Source of the DNA: Podarcis filfolensis
Taxonomy: Eukaryota
Length of the DNA: 64,000 bases
Assembly: GCA_964270895.1 (NCBI GenBank)
Contig: OZ185436.1
Direction: 5' to 3' (one strand)
Shown here: positions 59,892 to 64,000 of the stretch, piece by piece
Layout of the letters: the number at the start of each line of letters is the position of its first letter
Position numbering within the stretch: position 1 is the stretch's first letter
Translations under genes and position numbers: made by a program
Notes under the pieces: model-generated
Told to the model about the DNA's origin: nothing
Database searches by the model: none
Seen by the model: the letters and a program-made list of their open reading frames with translations, nothing else

Positions 59892-60101
59892 TTATCTCTG
59901 GTCTAAGCACTAAGTGCTAAGATTGGAGACAAGAGATCCTTTATCTCCAGTCTCAGCACTAAGCACCACAGCACTAAGACAAGACATTAGCTTATCTCCA
60001 ATCTTAGCAGTGTGTTGCCTAGCGCTAAGATTAGTGATAAGCCTCTGCCCGCTCTTTGACAGTTGTATCTCCCATCACTAAGACTGAAGATAAGCCTCTG
60101 C
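59892..60101. repeat. Array of about 19-bp units in alternating orientation (consensus TTATCTCCAATCTTAGCAC)
   Basis: Units at 59892-59910, 59941-59959, 59992-60010 (one orientation) and 59914-59932, 60022-60040, 60075-60093 (opposite). Confidence 0.8.
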
Positions 60102-60538
60102 ACAGTCTTTAAAAGGCAGGTGTGAAAAAGCCTCTGATCTTTAAGAGGCAGTAGGAAGAGGCATATCTGCAGAATTAAGGCTGTGGGATCTCTGCCACTA
60201 TTGTTTATCATCAGTCATAATTTCAGTGGCTCCATAAAGCTCCTGAGGTACTGAGCAGTATCAGAGACAGTGGTAGAAAGAACCACGAAAGAAGTGCACT
60301 ACATTAGTGTATAAAGTTGTAGCTATTTTATAATTTCCCCATTTATATCCAAAATTTGCTATCCGAAACAAAAATTGGCATCAGAGAAAACCTCAGCTTT
60401 CTTTTTAAAAAAGTAAACAAGCTGTTGCTATTGTGGATAGAAGTGGGTGCAGCATTTACTTGGGGGAATGATAAATACAGTGGGTTTCCATGGTTCTCAC
60501 CCTCACCTCTAGCATCCTAAATGTCAGAGCTCTCTTAC

Positions 60539-60574
60539 CTTCTCTCCCACAGGACCTCGGTCTCCAGGGTCACC
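60539..60574 (-). CDS. COL7A1: COL7A1 exon-60 equivalent (36 nt)
   Basis: GDPGDRGPVGEK. Confidence 0.95.
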
Positions 60575-60696
60575 CTGCAAAATGAAAGAGATGAGCACAT
60601 GCTCAGTTTGCAAAGAACCACGCAGAGCTGGGAATTAAGCTCTCGAGAAATCATACAGGGAGCAGGACACATCAAGGCAGAGAGAAAAAGACTTAC

Positions 60697-60732
60697 ACGA
60701 ACTCCAGGGAGACCTCTGGAGCCTTCAATTCC
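60697..60732 (-). CDS. COL7A1: COL7A1 exon-59 equivalent (36 nt)
   Basis: GIEGSRGLPGVR. Confidence 0.95.
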
Positions 60733-61555
60733 CTGCAAGAGAGGGGCAAAAAAAGGAGGGTGTGAGAAGGGTGTGTGGCTGATGTTTAGAAATTTTTAGG
60801 CCATTTACGCCAACAGCCCTTGTCTTTCCATCCAAGGGTTCTCAGTCATACAAATATAATAAAATGTGATAAATAAAACAGCAATATAATACACTCAGAA
60901 ACAAGGCAGGTTAAAACATCAACAGGACTCCAGTTTAAAACCAGTTCAAACGTATTTACAAATCAGCTTGTGGGCTAGGGACTTGTCTAAATAAAAATGC
61001 CATTGACTGCCGCTGGAAGGTCATTAGAAGTAAGGCTAGCCAGGGCCCAATTGACAAAGAGAAATACACCCTTGAAGCCACTTGCTATCCACTACAAAGT
61101 CACTTACCCCTGAGATTATCCCTCATTACCCTCTCCAAGGCATGATGATCTTTTGCTTTGATGCACCAACCCTTCCTACTCAAAGCAATGTACAGAGAAC
61201 CATAAACACGAGTGGCCAACATGGCCCTCACAGGCACCCATGTGCCCCCACAGGCCCTCCCTGGCCCCCACAGTGGTCTTCTGTTGAAATTGGAAGAAGC
61301 ATTCTGCTGTAGCCAATAGAACAGATTGCGGTGTGTGGTTTCTCCCGATATAGATGAGACACAAGCCCCAAAAAGTTCAGCAACCCCTGCCGTAAACAAC
61401 AGGAGATGAAGCCATTCCAAACCTAGAAACCTGTCCTTCATCCCCTTTATATCCAAAGTTTGTTTCTTCTCCAATGGCTGCTCTACATTGCCTCAGTCTT
61501 AGCTTGATGAGGTTTTGGGTATCCTCAGATATAACTCCAATGAACTGGCACCTAC

Positions 61556-61636
61556 TCGTTCTCCTGGCAGGCCAGGTAAACCAGCATCTCCTTTGACACC
61601 TTTCATTCCATCTTCTCCAGGGTCCCCTGGCTCCCC
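61556..61636 (-). CDS. COL7A1: COL7A1 exon-58 equivalent (81 nt)
   Basis: GEPGDPGEDGMKGVKGDAGLPGLPGER. Confidence 0.96.
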
Positions 61637-62024
61637 CTGTAAAGGAAACAGTGGTGCAGTGAGTGAGGAAACAACAACGGCATGCCCTCGCTTCTCATTA
61701 ACCAATATCCACAGAACTATTTCTGAAGAATGCCCAAGGGTGATTGATTTCTCTGAGGGTCAGACTGGACATGATGCTCAAACGCCCATATGGGATCTCC
61801 TTCCTGTGTAAAGAGCAGAGGATTGTAGTACAGGGGGAAGGGGGAGGGTTAATCCCACACACACACACCTCCTGTGATCTTGATTATTTATCAGCTCCCC
61901 CCATTGATTCTATTTGCATTTATTTTATGAAAAACACCCTTCATGCGTCAGGTTAGCACTTCTCTCACACAAGACATGGAACACTGGCAGTTTCACTAGT
62001 TGAGGTTTATTTAGCAATAACAGG

Positions 62025-62081
62025 TGGTCCATGGGGTCACGAAGAGTCGGAGACGACTAAACGACTAAACAACAACAACAA
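62025..62081 (+). mobile_element. BovB (RTE) LINE extreme 3' end
   Basis: TGGTCCATGGGGTCACGAAGAGTCGGAGACGACTAAACGACTAAAC(AAC)n, the characteristic BovB terminus. Confidence 0.85.
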
Positions 62082-62641
62082 GGTTTTCAGCAGTCCGAGC
62101 TTTTCACAACTCATTCCTCACTGTCAGAGTCAGTTGACTTGACTGACTTCCAGCCCCTCCCAAGGCCAGATATATGCCTTCCTGCTGGTCTTCCTTTGTT
62201 CTAATCATTTGCTCCGCCTCCTACTTCTTGGAGACTCAGGTGCAGCCAATTCCTCCTCCTCTGGAGTTGAATCCAACCCCCTCCTACCACCTGCCTCCTG
62301 CTCCTTCATCTCTGTGCTGCTGCAAAAACATACAGGCAGCATTCCAGAGCGAGGAGGGCTTATCTCCCTTTCGTTGTGAAAAAGAATCAAGCTTCTGTTT
62401 TCCTCTGCCTCTTCCTCCCCTTCTGCGGATTCCTCTCTGCTGGCCATGTCTCTGACACCATGTTAAATGCAAAGACATTCAATGTTCTGTCTAGTCTAGC
62501 CCCTAAGCAGCATCTCTTTGCAGGACATAACTGTTGGGATTTCCGCTCCCACCAAGAATGCTGGCAGTCCAGAGGTCGCCATCTTCCCGCCACAGTTCCC
62601 AGCAGGTGGGGTGGATGGGATCTTGGAGCCAGATCACTCAC

Positions 62642-62683
62642 CTTCTCGCCTTTTTGTCCTCCTCCTCCAGGTCCTGTACCAAC
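62642..62683 (-). CDS. COL7A1: COL7A1 exon-57 equivalent (42 nt)
   Basis: VGTGPGGGGQKGEK. Confidence 0.93.
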
Positions 62684-62777
62684 CTGCAGAGCAGAAAAGA
62701 GGAGGGGTATGTTAGACACTTGCAAAGTCAGAGCCAAAGCAAAATACTGCCTCTGGGGAGGAAAACATGGAACTTAC

Positions 62778-62804
62778 TGTCTGGCCTGGGGGTCCAGGCT
62801 GACC
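62778..62804 (-). CDS. COL7A1: COL7A1 exon-56 equivalent (27 nt)
   Basis: GQPGPPGQT. Confidence 0.94.
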
Positions 62805-63849
62805 CTGCAAGGGGAAGGGGGTAAGTGGGAAGAAGAAAGGAAAACAAAGATTCAGCACTATGTCCCAGGCAAGAGCAAAGATAAACATCACATTTGTTAG
62901 TAAGGAGGATGGGGAGTCCCTGATGCACACCATAAAAAGCACACATTCCTGTATCTCCAGCGGGCATTGAGGGCTCCAGGTTTCTTTCAGAGAGGTAATG
63001 CTGAACATGTAGTCAAGAAGGGCTGGGTGTTCAGAGATGGCCAGCTAGTTCAGCCTCCTCTGCTTGGATGATTAATGACATTTATATCCTGCCTTTCTTC
63101 CATTTTAGGATTTTAGGAAGCTTTCCCAGGTGATTTCCTATCCAGGCACTGATCAAATATTGAGCCCCAGCAAGGCTGCTGCATCATTAGCCTTCAGAGT
63201 CATTTCCCTGGGAGGCAGGCTGCCAACTCCAGCACCATTGCCAGGATTTGCCCTTACTAGTGTAATGTGAAGAAGCGCGACAGCATCTTCAGTGCCAAAA
63301 ACCTTTGGGATGTGACCACAAACAGATGGCACTGGAGGATGCCACACTGGGCGCTCAAGGAAACAGAACGGAGCCAGAACTTGTGTAGGCCAAGAGCTTG
63401 GGGGCACAGGAGACTCGGCTTGCCAGTGTGGACACAAGGAAGGGAAATAGATTTGAACGAGGAGTGTGGAGAGCAAAAGCCAGCCCCTGTAAAGGCACTG
63501 CTGGGAGGTTCTGAATGTTCACTGCATCTATTTTATACAAGGATCTGTGTGTCTGGAAGTTCCCATGGTCAGGAAGAAACATGGAGGCAGCTTGCTGTTG
63601 TAATAATACTAATACCAATACTAATTTTATTTGTACCCCATCCATCTGAATGGGTTGCCCCAGCCATTCTGAGTGGCTCTGTATTAAGATAATATGTTTG
63701 TTTTCCAGCCCTGTTTGGTGCCAGTAACCATGCTCCTGTCCGTTCTCATCTGGAGCCCCACAGCAAGGTCTAGGCCTCTGGGCAAGATCTCAAGCAGACA
63801 ACATAGATTGGCTAGAGCAGCCCTTAGTGGGAAAAGCACAGCTACTCAC

Positions 63850-63894
63850 AGGATCTCCTCGGTCGCCCTTTGACCCTGGTGCTCCAGGACTGCC
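63850..63894 (-). CDS. COL7A1: COL7A1 exon-55 equivalent (45 nt)
   Basis: GSPGAPGSKGDRGDP. Confidence 0.96.
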
Positions 63895-63982
63895 CTGCAA
63901 AGGGAAAAAGCAACATAGTAAAAGCAAGCCTGGGGTAGGTGGGTGCTGCAACCGAGTCAAGGGGCGCACAATGGGCTCTTAC

Positions 63983-64000
63983 ATTTCTCCCGTCTTCACC
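63983..64000 (-). CDS. COL7A1: COL7A1 exon-54 equivalent, 3' end only (cut by window edge)
   Basis: GEDGRN then GTAAG. Confidence 0.9.

Larger units (their letters stand above)
16018..64000 (-). other. COL7A1: COL7A1 (collagen VII alpha-1), 3' half: triple helix with hinge, NC2 and Kunitz domain
   Basis: 66 exons splice in frame. Diagnostic features: hinge NVERVLEASGIK/ISLLREI, 201-nt exon-73 equivalent, GACG Cys, QEMSQHCAC, VPVLKLSHAEEEE and a terminal Kunitz domain. Confidence 0.98.

Noticed and set aside
59892-60101. CRISPR array
   Set aside because: Vertebrate intron; units alternate in orientation with irregular short spacers and there are no cas genes.
61100-61180. Strong donor GGG/GTAAGT at about 61105 as a missed exon
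   Set aside because: No upstream polypyrimidine acceptor and no collagenous frame; exons 58 and 59 join in frame without it.
1-64000. Remaining entries of the ORF track as independent genes
   Set aside because: They are short, mostly use alternative starts, and fall in introns, repeats or antisense to collagen exons; only those overlapping the exons listed carry real coding sequence.

Overview
Vertebrate genomic DNA, most likely a lacertid lizard (inferred from Sauria/Squam1 and Squam3-type SINEs). Left block: the first 7 coding exons of COPG1 (minus strand, ATG at 6021, gene runs off the left edge). Head-to-head with it across a CpG island with three CCAAT boxes is an intact, intronless NXT2-derived gene (6612-7037, +), a probable retrogene. 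A 200-N scaffold gap lies at 13214-13413. Right block: the 3' half of COL7A1 (minus strand), from the human-equivalent exon 54 to the Kunitz exon 117. I resolved 66 exons by hand, one cut off by the window edge, and all visible splice sites are GT-AG. Exon numbers and human comparisons come from my recollection of the human gene, not from a search. Most notable departures from human COL7A1: (i) an extra in-frame 63-nt NC2 exon (16929-16991) encoding a furin-type RQKR site just before the Kunitz domain, while the mammalian BMP-1 site is not conserved; (ii) an extra 36-nt Gly-X-Y exon (40226-40261); (iii) a stop codon inside the Kunitz exon 10 nt before a consensus donor, with a long in-frame tail in the candidate last exon. 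Introns carry SINEs, hAT and Tc1/mariner MITEs with intact TSDs, a solo LTR with 5-bp TSD, CR1/L2/L1/BovB fragments and microsatellites. Almost all entries in the supplied ORF track are not genes.
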